A model generated the notes under the pieces. It was not told where the DNA came from. It ran no database searches and saw nothing but the letters and a program-made list of their open reading frames with translations. Of a DNA stretch of 64,000 bases, positions 37,182 to 49,256 are shown in pieces. The stretch is taken from NCBI GenBank assembly GCA_043228905.1, contig JBHGNT010000003.1:11718001-11782000 (forward strand), read 5' to 3'. Source of the DNA: Azolla caroliniana. Its lineage: Eukaryota; Plantae; Polypodiophyta. The translations under genes were made by a program, and so were the position numbers. The stretch's first letter is position 1. Every line of letters starts with the position of its first letter.

Positions 37182-38290
37182 CTTGCAGCATTACAAAAAC
37201 TATTGGAGAGGTATCCAACTTCATCCATGCTACTTTCTGATTTGCAGGGGTAAAAAGAAGTTTAAAAGAAAAGCAACAAGAATATTCAACGTTCTTCTTT
37301 TATCGCAATGTTGCTCGTTGGTCACAAAAGCAAGATCGAGTTAATAAGGAATTCTTTAATCATTTCAAACAAAATATAAACCTATCTCTATTACCTCCTT
37401 GAAATGGCCTGATGGATCATATACATCAGATGACTCTGAGATGTGAGGTATAGTCTCAGATTACTATCATCAATTGTTGTCTGTTACAACTTTTACAATA
37501 GATAGTCTTTATAAGAAACAAGATATACTTGCAACTATTCAGCAGAAGATCACAAATGAAATGGCATCTCATTTAATACAACCATTTACGTTTCAAGAGG
37601 TGTTATTTGCAACTAAATCTTTGGGTAAGGATGTCTATCCAAGAAAAGACGGAATAAGAGTGGCCTTCTACTTACATTATTGGGATTTTCTTGGCCCTAT
37701 CCTCACTAGAGCGACTAATCTAATTTTTTCAACGGGAACTATGCTGATGGAATGGAAGGAAGGAATAATATATATGATTCCTAAGTCGAATGTACAATGT
37801 GATGAAGTTTCTAAGTGGTAGCCAATAACACTGCTCAATGATATTTATAAGATTGTGGCAAAAACAATTGCCATTAGATTACGATCTCTATTGCCATCTA
37901 TTATTCATGATACGTAGTCTGGTTTTATACAATACAGAAGCATTTTCAATAATATCTTTTTGTTCTGGGAAATGGTTGCACTAGCTCAACAAAATAAACA
38001 ACAAATGGCAGTTTTACTATTGGATTTTGAAAAAGCCTATGACAAAGTAGATTGGAACTTTCTTGAGGTAGTGCTGTCAAGACTAGGCTTTCCTAATGCA
38101 TGGATAAATGGTGTTTCCGCATTATATAGGTAGGCCTCTAGCTCAGTTTTATTCGCTAGAGGTTATGGGCCAATATTTCCGATTTCCAGGTCGGTTAGGC
38201 AAGGATGTCCTCTTGCCCCTTCTCTTTTTATCTTGTTTGGGGAAGCTCTTGCCTCATACCTAAGATCTTCTTTAGCTGGTATAAAAGGTA
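37182..38290 (+). mobile_element. Same LINE, ORF2 continuation (linker and N-terminal RT), cut again at 38290 by Copia J LTR
   Basis: Reading rejoins across TSD CTTGC (HRALA|ALQKLL). RT motifs PITLLNDIYKI, LLLDFEKAYDKV, RSVRQGCPLAPSLF. The YADD part is not seen in the window. Confidence 0.88.
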
Positions 38291-38396
38291 TGTCAAATTA
38301 AACGTCTGGAAGCGTTTGACAAACTGGCTCAGCTGGATAGCAACAGAAGATGAAAGGAAAACTTAACACACACACACACACAGAGTACGCGTACGC

Positions 38397-38398
<2 letters not shown>

Positions 38399-38469
<71 letters not shown>
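38399..38469 (+). repeat. (GA)n microsatellite, about 35 units, inside J LTR
   Basis: Direct reading. Confidence 0.97.
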
Positions 38470-38470
<1 letters not shown>

Positions 38471-40198
38471 AGAGCAGAACATAAAACTCTATTCAAAATA
38501 ATACTCTCAATATTTTGTACATAGAATGTGCTCAAAGAGCACTTTTACACAAGTCCATAAAGGACTGACAGAAGTACTCACAGGTACTTCAATGCTCACA
38601 TGAGCGACTATCACCGACTCCCAAAACTATGCCTTCGTACTAGGCTGGATCCGTAGGCCTCTAACGGCCTACCAGTTTCAATCTAATCTGGGGCTCCGAT
38701 CTGGCTCCTGGTTCTGGATATCATGCGGACACCGATCCGGCTCTCCGTTCTGGATACCAATCCGGCTCTGGATTATTCAGCCGATCCCAATTTGATTGTG
38801 CTTGCTTGCTCAACACTCCCCCTCAAGCTCAACTTGAGGTCGGATCGTGGTGTCAGTGTCTGTAGTAGCCGGTTCTCCTCTCCGGCTCCTCTCGCTTGCT
38901 CGCCTTGCTCGCGCACCTTGTCCGGTCTGGTTCCACTTCCTGTGATCCTTCCGGTTCTGTGCACCTCGAACTCCTTGGTCGGCTTGTCTGCTAAGCAGGC
39001 CCATGTCAACTCCTTCGTTGTCGCGACCCCGACACTTGTCTACCCGTCGGTTCCTTCGTGTTGGCGTCAACTTCCGCTCCCTCTTAGTCTGCATGGCCTT
39101 TAGATGATCCGGCTCTTCCGAATCCAACTGTTGAACCGAATTGGCTATCTCCGATTCGTTCCATCTCTTGTCCGAATCGGTTGATTCCGATTCGTTCCGC
39201 CTCTTGTCCGAGTCGGTGTTCTCCAACTCGTCTCTAGTTTTCAGGCCCTTCACCACATCAGACCACGTCCGGGTTTTGGCCTTCTTCTTCTAGTCGGCTC
39301 TGTCCTCCTTAACTCTGTCGTCACTGCCGTTTGCTTCGACTTGTTCAGATGTGCCAGCTTCCTTTATTTGCTCTTCTCCCCCCTTGATTGTTTCTTCCTC
39401 TCTAGCTCCTTGTCCGGTGCCATTCGTTCCCGTTCTTGTTCTCCCCCTCAAGTGCGGCACATTGAGATGCTGAATGCTGAGCATCTTTGAAAAATGCTGC
39501 TACTTGTCCGATCCGAGAGGCTTGGTGAAGATGTCGGCAACCTGTCGATCCATGTGAACATTATGAAGTTCAATTTCACCGCTCAGGACCCGCTCACGAA
39601 CATAGTGATATTGCACTTCTATGTGCTTTGTCCGAGCATAGAACACTGGGTTCTTGGCGAGTTGTATGCTGCTCATGTTGTTACAGTCAATCGGGATCGG
39701 GGTCGGCACCTCGATCCGGAGGTCACACAACAGTTGCCGAAGCCAGATGGCTTCACAGGTGGCAATGGTAGCGCCCCGGTATTTAGCCTTAGTGCTCGAC
39801 AGAGCCACTGTTGGCTGCTCCACGCAACAACCGCACTACCAAGAGAAAACATGTAACCGGAGGTGGATCGGCGATCCGATGCGTCACTAACCCAGTCCGC
39901 ATCGGTATATCCGACTAGCTTCCCAACTACACCGTGTCGGTATAACAGTCCCCGGTCCTTCGTGCTGCTAACATATCGGAATAGTCGGTGTGCGCACTGA
40001 AGGTGCTCGACGGTCGGCTTCTACATGAATTGACTAATCACTCCGACCGGGTAACTAATGTCGGGTTGAGTGATTGTCATGTATATGAGGCTTCCGACAA
40101 TTTGTCAAAACTGTTTCTCATCGTAGGCTAGGCTGGGCTCGGGACATAGCTTTAGGTTCCGATCTAGGGGTGTAGAGATTGGTCGGCATTCTGTCATG

Positions 40199-41319
40199 CC
40201 CACGGTTGTTACGTACGTTAGATACGGTACGGATACCATACATATATAACGTATTAATACTCGTATAGTACCTCCTAATTTAAAAATACGTTAAATACGT
40301 TTTTTAATATGTTAAATACTTATCAAATACGTTTTGTACGTAAAATACGTATTTTACGTATAATATGTTAAATACTTCTAGAATTTGAAAATTATTTACC
40401 GTTTTAGAAAATATCTTAATATTATAAAAAACATCTATGTTTACACAATTTTGTGATGCACAATATAGTTCTACATCCTAAAATGCATATAAGACATTCA
40501 AACATTTCACATCCTAAAATACTTGTAATCGTAGTATGAACCATACATACCATACATGCATTCGCATTTGTGAATGTTTCAATCATTTGAGTATGGTAAA
40601 CACCCTCGAAGAATGATAAATACCATACTTTTGGATTTACTATTTATTATGAGGTAAATAAACCTAAAAAAAAGGAAGAAAAACTAAAAAAATATTTAAA
40701 AAATGGGAAAAAACCAAAAAAAAACACAAGAATGTTTGAATAACATTTGCATTGGTTTTCCAACATAGGAAGCTGAATGTTATGCTAGACGAACACAAAA
40801 TTTACGTACTATGCTTGTGATAATATGGATGTTGACATTCACTTATTCTATAAATTAGTGTGTATCACGATGTTTTACTTCAAATTGTAATTATGTAAGA
40901 TTATGCCTTCATAGATTGAGGAATCATCTACAATTATCACATTTAGGATAGGTTTCTCTCTTGTTGTTGTTCTTCTTCTTCTATGTTCTCCGATTATCAC
41001 ACTCATAGTCAGGACAGGTTTCTGTCTTCTTTTCTGTCTTCTTCTTCTTTGTTGTCATCTCATATGTTCTTCTTTCTTCCTTCTTTTGGCTTCTTTTTCA
41101 CTAAAATCTTTTTTTTCTTTTGCTTTTTGTTGGGGTTTTACCTACATTATTTTTATAAATACGTATTATACCTATTTTTTCAAATGTATGTTAAATACCA
41201 TATTGGACAAATGTACATGATATTTGACTGAACAACATTGAGGTATAGTATGTACTATACAAATCATGAGGTACTATACGTATTTAAACATTAAATACGG
41301 GTACGTAAACAACCATGGG
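40199..41319. mobile_element. Non-autonomous TIR DNA transposon (hAT-like) inserted in J RT
   Basis: TIR CCCA(C/T)GGTTGTT(T)ACGTAC at both ends, host TCATGCC present on both sides, repeated subterminal AAATACG motifs, AT-rich interior; host reads YKFGM|TECRP. Exact ends uncertain by 2-3 bp. Confidence 0.75.
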
Positions 41320-41722
41320 ACTCATGCCGAACTTGTACAATGTATTCAACACATAATGGCGTTGTGAGAGCAATATACCGTCAGGGGTCTGGATCACCTC
41401 GATCCCAAGAAAATAATGAAGGTCCCTCAGGTTCTTCATTTTAAATGCGTCTGACAGCTGGGATTTCACTCGGCCGATTTATTGAGTCCGAGTCCGGTGA
41501 TGACTCAATCATCTACATAAAGCAAGATGCAAACCGAACCATTCGGACCGTTCCGGATGAATAATGAAGAGTTGGATCATTGGTAAGCCAATTCATGAGT
41601 TATTATCATGGTTTTAGGAGCAATAAATCTGGCCATTTTACTTAGTCTATCAACTACAACCCAGATGGCATCATGGCCTTTTTGGGTACGAGGAAGGCTA
41701 ACAATAAAATCCATAGATATAC

Positions 41723-42190
41723 TATCATGATATGGCGAGACACGAACCCATGACCTTAGGTTATATGGGTCGAGCTCTTGACCATTATATCATCTATTGT
41801 AATACGTAAGATATAATTTTCATTTACATTTAATTATAGGAAATTAATGTATATTCCAGATTTCTCTGGAACATTCTAGAAGCTTTAGGATTACTCCTGA
41901 GAGCACTATAAAAGAGGGCACTAGGCATTATGTTGAACCAAATTGGTTCAACGCCAGTCTTTAGCCTCATAGACCTTTTGTACTTACTGTTCTTATAATA
42001 TATAATCTATTATCATCATCTCTCTCTCTCTCTCGTCCTCGCTATCTCTCTCTCTCTCCTCTTCTCTCTTCCTCTCTTGGGAGTCTTACGCAGTCCCGTC
42101 CTCTTAGTTCTAATAGTACTTCCCTTCTCTAGTACTAATTCTCTCTGTGTTTGGTACTAATTCTCTCTTTGTTTAGTACTATTCCTGACA
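41723..42190 (+). repeat. F 5' LTR
   Basis: Repeat of 46859-47328; TATAAAA at 41907. Confidence 0.93.
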
Positions 42191-42192
42191 AT

Positions 42193-42204
42193 TTGAACCA
42201 ATTT
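42193..42204 (+). promoter_or_regulatory. F self-priming PBS
   Basis: TTGAACCAATTT is the exact reverse complement of LTR 41940-41951; no TGG tRNA-type PBS. Confidence 0.8.
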
Positions 42205-43382
42205 TCCCTCTATCTCTCTCCCTTCATACTAATCTCCTATTCCTCTTTTCTTTTCATCCTATGGCCACAGTTAGTGCTAAGGAATATCAATATGTTTTCT
42301 TGGAGTTTCAATGCTTGAAAGAGAAGTTCCTTGCTTTGGAACAAGAAAATCAACGATTGTTGGGGGATCTTCAACAAATCTCCTTAGAAAAGTAGCAAAC
42401 GTAACAACAACATGGGGAACTTGCATTACGCGTGCAACAACTCGAAGCAACCATCGTAGCGATGCAACAACAAGGCCCCAAAACACAAGGGATTCATAAG
42501 GAACCCAAGATTGTCCTTCCCACAAAGTTCGATGGAACACGATTGCAATTTAGAGGGTTCCTTAATAAGGTATGATTAGTTATTCAAATGCATCCTTCCC
42601 GATATCCTACCGATGCATCACGAGTGGGTTTAGTAGGGATGCTATTAAGTGGCTCAGCGTTGTGCATGGTTCGCTCCACTACTCAACAACTTTGAAGAGT
42701 TTATAGGTGATTTTAAAGCATGCCTTGGGGATACTGACAACATAAGGACCACAATCAACAAAATCTGGTGATTACGCCAAGGAGATCGTCCAGCCTCCGC
42801 ATACGCTGCAGATTTCCGCCTACTCGCCGCTGACATCCCTTGGGATGATCAAGCATTGATGGAGCAATTTCGTTATGGTTTACGCAACGATGTCAAGGAT
42901 TTACTCTTGACTTTCCCTGAAGAGCCAAAGTCCTTCACAGAAGCAATTAGTCGCGCGGTGAGATGTGATAACCGCCTCTTTGAGCGACGTTCGGAATGAC
43001 AACTACAGATGTTGAGGGCAATATCAGAGCCCACCTACACCTCAATGGTAGCAAAACCCTTACCCAGGGAGTACTATAATGCGCCTCCAGTGAATACTCC
43101 GACTCCGATGGAGATTGACACTACACGTCGTCGAGGACCATTATCCGATTCAGAAGAAAAGCAGTGACGCTGAACAAATCGACTATGTCTCTACTGCAGT
43201 GGACCAGGACACATTGCAATAAATTGTCCCCATAGGCCAAGAAGACAGGTAAACCAAATAGTTGCTAGTTCTAATTGTACTAAACCCGACCCTATTACAG
43301 AAGGGATATCTGATAGTACTAATAGTACTAATAGCCTAGATCTAGCGAACAAATTTGATGTCCTTAATCAGTTAGAAGAAAA

Positions 43383-43434
43383 GTTAAACGACTAAGTCCA
43401 GCCAAAATAGGAGCCGTTTGGTTGGACAACCCTA
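43383..43434 (+). other. Candidate -1 ribosomal frameshift signal at F gag/pol junction
   Basis: G_TTA_AAC, 6-nt spacer, 11-bp stem and possible pseudoknot; pol is in -1 frame. Confidence 0.7.
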
Positions 43435-46400
43435 GATATGTGCAACCCATTAGTAGTTCCATTCCCTCTAAGCAAGTTAGCAATGTGTTCGTAGCCCACG
43501 TAATAGTTAGTACTAAAAGTACCCCTCCAGTACACGTCTTAGCACTTCTAGACTCCGGAGCTAATTCTTGCTTTATGGATAGGAATTTTGCCCAAGCTCA
43601 TGAGATATCTCTTAGAAAACTCTTGTCTCCAGCCTCTGTAGTCGTCATTGATGGTCATCCCATTGCTTCCGGAAATATCATAGAAGAGTCAGAACCCGTT
43701 AATATTGTCCTAGATAACTTAGCATGTGTAGTATCCTTTAACATTATTAGTATCCCAGAACATCACATCGTTTTGGGATTACCATGGTTTGAGTTACATA
43801 ACCCAGACATAGATTGGAGAACAAGAGAAATCCAGTGTCGAAAAACCCGAGGATCTACTCAGAAGATTGCCACCATTTCACTACATCAGTTGCGGGAAGG
43901 ACGCAAGGAAGAAATGTTTCTCTTCGCAATATCACTAAAACCCTCCGACACCATTAAAGAGGAGTTCACCATTCAGCTTCCAAAGAAGTATCATCATTAT
44001 GCCGATGTATTTGATAAAGTACGAGCCAATACGCTTCCTCACCATCGACCATATTATTGCCCCATCGTTTTACAACCGGGGAAAGAGCCACCATGGGGAC
44101 CGATCTACAATTTGTCACCAACCGAGCTAGAAGTCCTTCGAGCCTATATAAAGGAGAATTTGGAGAATGGATTCATTCGACATTCGAAATTTCCAGCCGG
44201 GACACCCATTTTCTTTGTCAAGAAAAAGGATGGCTCACTTCGTCTGGTAGTAGATTACCGTGGCTTGAATAAAGTTACAATCCGCAATAGGTATGCACTT
44301 TCCCTTATCTCAAGTCTTTTAGAACGGATCAATGGTGCCAGGTTCTTCACAAAGATGGGGGGGGCCTATAAACTCATATGGATCTGACCAGGAGATGAAT
44401 GGAAGACTGCATTCCGCACTAGATATGGGCACTTCGAGTATACGGTCATGCCGTTCAGCCTCACTAATGCGCCAGCAGTCTTCCAACACATGGCAAATGA
44501 TATATTCTGAGATCTCTTGGATGTGTGTCTGATCATCTACTTGGATGATCTACTGGTTTATTCAAAGACCGAAGAAGAGCATGATTCTCATGTACTGTTA
44601 GTACTAAAACGACTTCGAGAACATGGTCTTTATGCAAAGCTAGAAAAATGTAGTTTCGGGTGCAACCAGTTGGAATTTCTCGGCTACGTCATTTCATCAG
44701 AAGGCATCTCCATGGACCCAGCTAAGGTCAAGACAGTGGTAGAATGGCAGGTTCTGCACTCGGTGCGGGATGTGCAATGCTTTTTAGGCTTTGCCAATTT
44801 TTACCGGAAGTTTATACAAGATTACTCAAAGCTCATTCTGCCTCTCACACAGCTTACCAGGAAGGGACAATCGTTCGTTTGGTCTGAAGAAGCAGATATG
44901 GCTTTTGAGAGTCTTTAAAAGGCATTTACATCGGCTCCAATTCTAGCTCATGTCGATCTGGAACAACCATTCATTATCGAAGCTGACGAATGGGATTTCG
45001 CATTGGGGAGCATTCTGTCACAACGGGGTCATGATGAGAAGCTACATCCTGTGGATTTTCACTCACGCAAGTTTGACGCCGCTGAAATCAATTACGAAAT
45101 TCATGATAAGGAGCTACTGGCAGTAGTGGACTCGTTTATGCAATGGAGGCATTTTTTAGAGGGATCCTCTCATCAAGTCACTGTATTCAATGACCATAAA
45201 AACCTTGCCTACTGTCAGGATGCTCGTGTGTTAAATCAACGTTAAGATCGGTGGGCCCACTTCCTCACGTGTTTCGACTTCAAAATTACGTACCGTCCGG
45301 GGAAGCACCAAGGGAAGGCAGAGCGTTCGTATCTAACACCGCGTCCCGGCGAGCCGGCTTTCGATAACCAAAAGCAAGTAATCTTGGGACCGGCACGACT
45401 ACAAGCAACACAGGTTTTTGGTATGCCCATGGATTCCCACGTTATCAATATCATACGTGCAGACCTGAAGATAGATGCTTTCGCCCAAGCTATACTAGGA
45501 CAAATTGATCCCTCTCGAGCGTCGTGTTGACAGTCACAACCACGAGGTACGGACTATCGGCAATTCAAATACCATGATGAATTAATCTTCTTTAAAGAAC
45601 TTTTGTATGTTCCTAATGGTTCTTGCCGCCTTCGAGTAGTGTCATGACACATATACAACTGGGTATTTTGGTAGTACTAAAACATTAGATTTAGTACAAT
45701 GATCATTTTGGTGGCCCCGTATGCGACAATTTGTCGAAGATTTTGTTCAGACTTGTGATACATGCTACCGAGCGAAAATGCCAAGGCATCATCCATATGG
45801 TTTATTAGAACCATTACCAATTCCAAGCAAGCCGTGGCAATCCATTGCTCTCGACTTCATCATATATCTTCCAGTCTCCAAGGGGTTTAATGCAATTCTA
45901 ACAGTGGTAGATCGATATGCGAAGATGGCTCATTTCTTGCCATGGACTTCCTGATAGTATCGTCTGCGACCGTGGACCCCAGTTCATGTCAAAATTCTGG
46001 AAGCACCTTTTTAAAATTCTCAAGGTCACTTGTAACCTCTCCTCCGGCTACCGCCGACAAACCGACGGCCAAGCCGAACGAACAAATCAAACCCTGGATC
46101 TGTATCTGCGGTGCTTTCTCAGCTATCATCAAGATAACTGGGTAGATATTCTCCACTTCGCCAAATTTTCCTATAATAACTCTATCCACGCATCGACTAA
46201 AGATACGCCATTTTATGCTTATACGGGATGTCACCCTCGATGGAGTGTACTTGAAACCCCAGAGGTGTCCCCAAATCCTTGCGCAGAGGATCGTTTGGAG
46301 CAGTTTTATCTACTCATCTCTAGCAAGCTCAACAAACACACAAGGTCTATGCGGATCGTCATTGACTTCCATCTAGTTTTAACATTAGAGATCGGGTGTG

Positions 46401-46858
46401 GCTGCTGCGATGACACATCAAGACTACTCACCCATGTGAGAAGTTGGATTATCGGCGATTAGGTCCTTTCCGTATTATCGGAAAGATTCATGATGTCGCT
46501 TTTCGTCTCAATCTACCTCCTCTACTTCGGATACATCCGGTGTTTCATAGTTCTCTCCTCGAACCCTATCACAAGAGCACCATCCCAGGACGTATTATAC
46601 AACCTCCACCCCTAATCGAACTTGAAGATGGACCAGAGTACGAGGTTGCCGCCATCCTTGATTCTTAGATTGTTCGCAACAAGCTCTATTATCTAGTCGA
46701 TTGGTTAGGCTATAGTCCCAGCGAACGTACTTGGGAATCGATCGAGAATGTGACCAATGCTCGTGCGCTTCTTGAAAACCTCCATCGGCAATATCCACAC
46801 AAACCGGGTCCTCCATCCAAAACGACTCGTGACGCTCGTCGTTTTAAAGGGGGGATAG

Positions 46859-47328
46859 TGTCATGATATGGCAAGACTCGAACCCATGACCTTAGGTTAT
46901 ATGGGTCGAGCTCTTGATCATTATATCATCTATTGTAATACGTAAGATATAATTTTCATTTACATTTTATTATAGGAAATTAATGTATATTCTAGATTTC
47001 TCTAGAACATTCTAGAAGCTTCAGGATTACTCCTGAGAGCACTATAAAAGAGGGCACTAGGCATTATGTTGAACCAAATTGGTTCAACGCTAGTCTTTAG
47101 CCTCATAGCCCTTTTGTACTTACTCTTCTTATAATATATAATCTGTCATCATCATCTCTCTCTCTCTCTCTTCCTCCCTATCTCTCTCTCTCTCTCCTCT
47201 TCTCTCTTCCTCTCTTGGGAGTCTTACGCAGTCCCGTCCTCTTAGTTCTAATAGTACTTCCCTTCTCTAGTACTAATTCTCTCTGTGTTTGGTACTAATC
47301 CTCTCTTTGTTTAATACTATTCCTGACA
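46859..47328 (+). repeat. F 3' LTR
   Basis: TGTCATG...CCTGACA. Confidence 0.93.
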
Positions 47329-48774
47329 TGTACTTTCCCACTTATTATTGGGAATTTCCAAGGGATGTAAAAGTCTTGCGGCTTTAAGTCGCTCGGCTTT
47401 GTTAACCTGACATTGGTGACATTTAATCACATAGCTATGTATGTCAGGATGCATCTTAGGCCAATAGAATTGAGTGAATATGAGAACGAGTGTATGATGT
47501 ATTCTAGGGTGCCCTATTGAGGGTGCATCATGGCATTAAAAAAGAAGTCTCTTTTTCACCTCAAAAAAATCTGGAACACAAACCTTCCCAATACAGTATA
47601 GCAGACCGTTAGCAATGTGGAAGGATTCCTTCGAGGATGTGGTGGTGTCTGTTACAAACTCAACTCTTGCCCAGTATTTCGCAAAATAACTGTCATCAGG
47701 ATACTTTCCTCGAAGGTGATCATAAAGATATGATGTTATTTTAATGAAGTTAAGCATATTAACTTCACGGATGTGACTTAGTGCATCATCGACAGTGGTC
47801 ATGTAACCTTTACGATATGGTATGGAAAAATTCAAAGTCCTGGATGAGATCAGCCCATCGTGCCTGACGACCTTTCAGGTCTTGTTGGTCACAAAAACAT
47901 TTCAAGGACTCGTGGTCCGTAGTTACCACAAAATGATTTCAATAAAGATAATGGCGCCATGTTTTAAGCGCATGTATAACTGCAAATAATTTCTTTTCTT
48001 GAACGGTTTACCAACATTGAGCAGAATCAAGTTGCTTACTCTCAAATGCTATTGGTTTACCATCTTGATATAAGACAACACCTATAGCATAATCACTTGC
48101 ATCGGTTTCAACCTCAAAAGGTTTCGATGGATCGAGTAAAAGAAGCAAATGCGCCTTGCACAACAAGTCCTTGAGTTCCTTAAAGGCGAGGTCTAGTGTA
48201 GCACTCTACACAATAGGTTTTGTAGACTTACGCGTTTGACCTTTTAGAATATCAGTAAACGGCGTCGTCAATTGGGGGTAATTACGAAGGGATTTTCGCA
48301 AAAACCCGACAAAACCAAGGAATGATCGAACTTCTCGAATATTCCGAAGAGTGGGCCAAAGTTTGATTTTCTCGATGCGAGAAGGATCAATTTCAACTCC
48401 TCGTTCGGTTATGAGATGTCCAAGATAAGTAATTGATTTCATGAAGAACTCACATTTTGAGATCTTCACGTAGAATTGCTTGTTGCGCAATGTTTGTAAA
48501 ACAAAGCGGACATATTTAGCATGTTCTTCTAATGTACGACTATAAACTAGAATATCATCCAAGAAAATAACGATAAATTTTCCAAGTTGTTCTCGGAAAA
48601 TGTCATTCATTTCTTGTTGAAATGTGGCCGCATTTGTCAACCAAAAGGCATAACCAAAAACTCATAATGGCCATAGCACGTACAAACTACCGTTTTAGGA
48701 ACATCATTCTCACTTATACGAATTTGATGGTAGCCCATACAGAGATCAAGTTTCGTAAAATACCGAGCTCCTTG

Positions 48775-49256
48775 TGTCATGATGACACTCACATCATGCC
48801 TTGAAAGGATTTGAACCCACTTATTATACACATGTCAAATCCTTAACCATTGTAGTAACATGTTTATATGTATAGTTTTTAGAATATATATAATTCTATA
48901 TTACTTTATACTCTAGAATGCCCTAGAATATTCTAGAGTGTTCTATATGCTAGAATCTTCTAGAATACTCTATAAACCTTCTAGACTACTAGGTTTCTCT
49001 ATATTCTAGAATGTCGTAGAATATTCTAGAGTAATCTATAATACTCTATAGCAATTTATAAATAGGGATCTATCAATCCTCCAAAAACCAAATTGGTTCA
49101 ACACCATCCTATAGCTCCCTATTGTCTACTCTTTGTACTCTATCTTATATTGTAACTCAATAATTTCTTTTCAATTGTGTCGTTCTATCTTAACAATATA
49201 TCTCTTTTCCTCTTTTTCTCTCTCTTTTTCTCTCTCTTTTTCTCTCTATCTTGACA
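48775..49256 (+). repeat. H 5' LTR
   Basis: TGTCATGATG...CTTGACA with many TTCTAGAA-type short repeats. Confidence 0.9.

Larger units (their letters stand above)
38291..41578 (-). mobile_element. Element J: 5'-truncated Copia related to C (3' LTR 38291-38815, RH and RT end)
   Basis: LTR TGTCAAA...CTCAACA plus PPT; QPTVALSS, ARTKHIEVQYHY, DLHYFLGIEV; second LTR absent. Confidence 0.88.
41723..47328 (+). mobile_element. Element F: full-length degenerate Tcn1-like chromovirus (close relative of E) inserted in G integrase
   Basis: LTRs 41723-42190 and 46859-47328, TSD TATAC/TGTAC, gag 42261-43395, pol to ~46860 with chromodomain, PPT AAAGGGGGGATAG. Confidence 0.93.
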
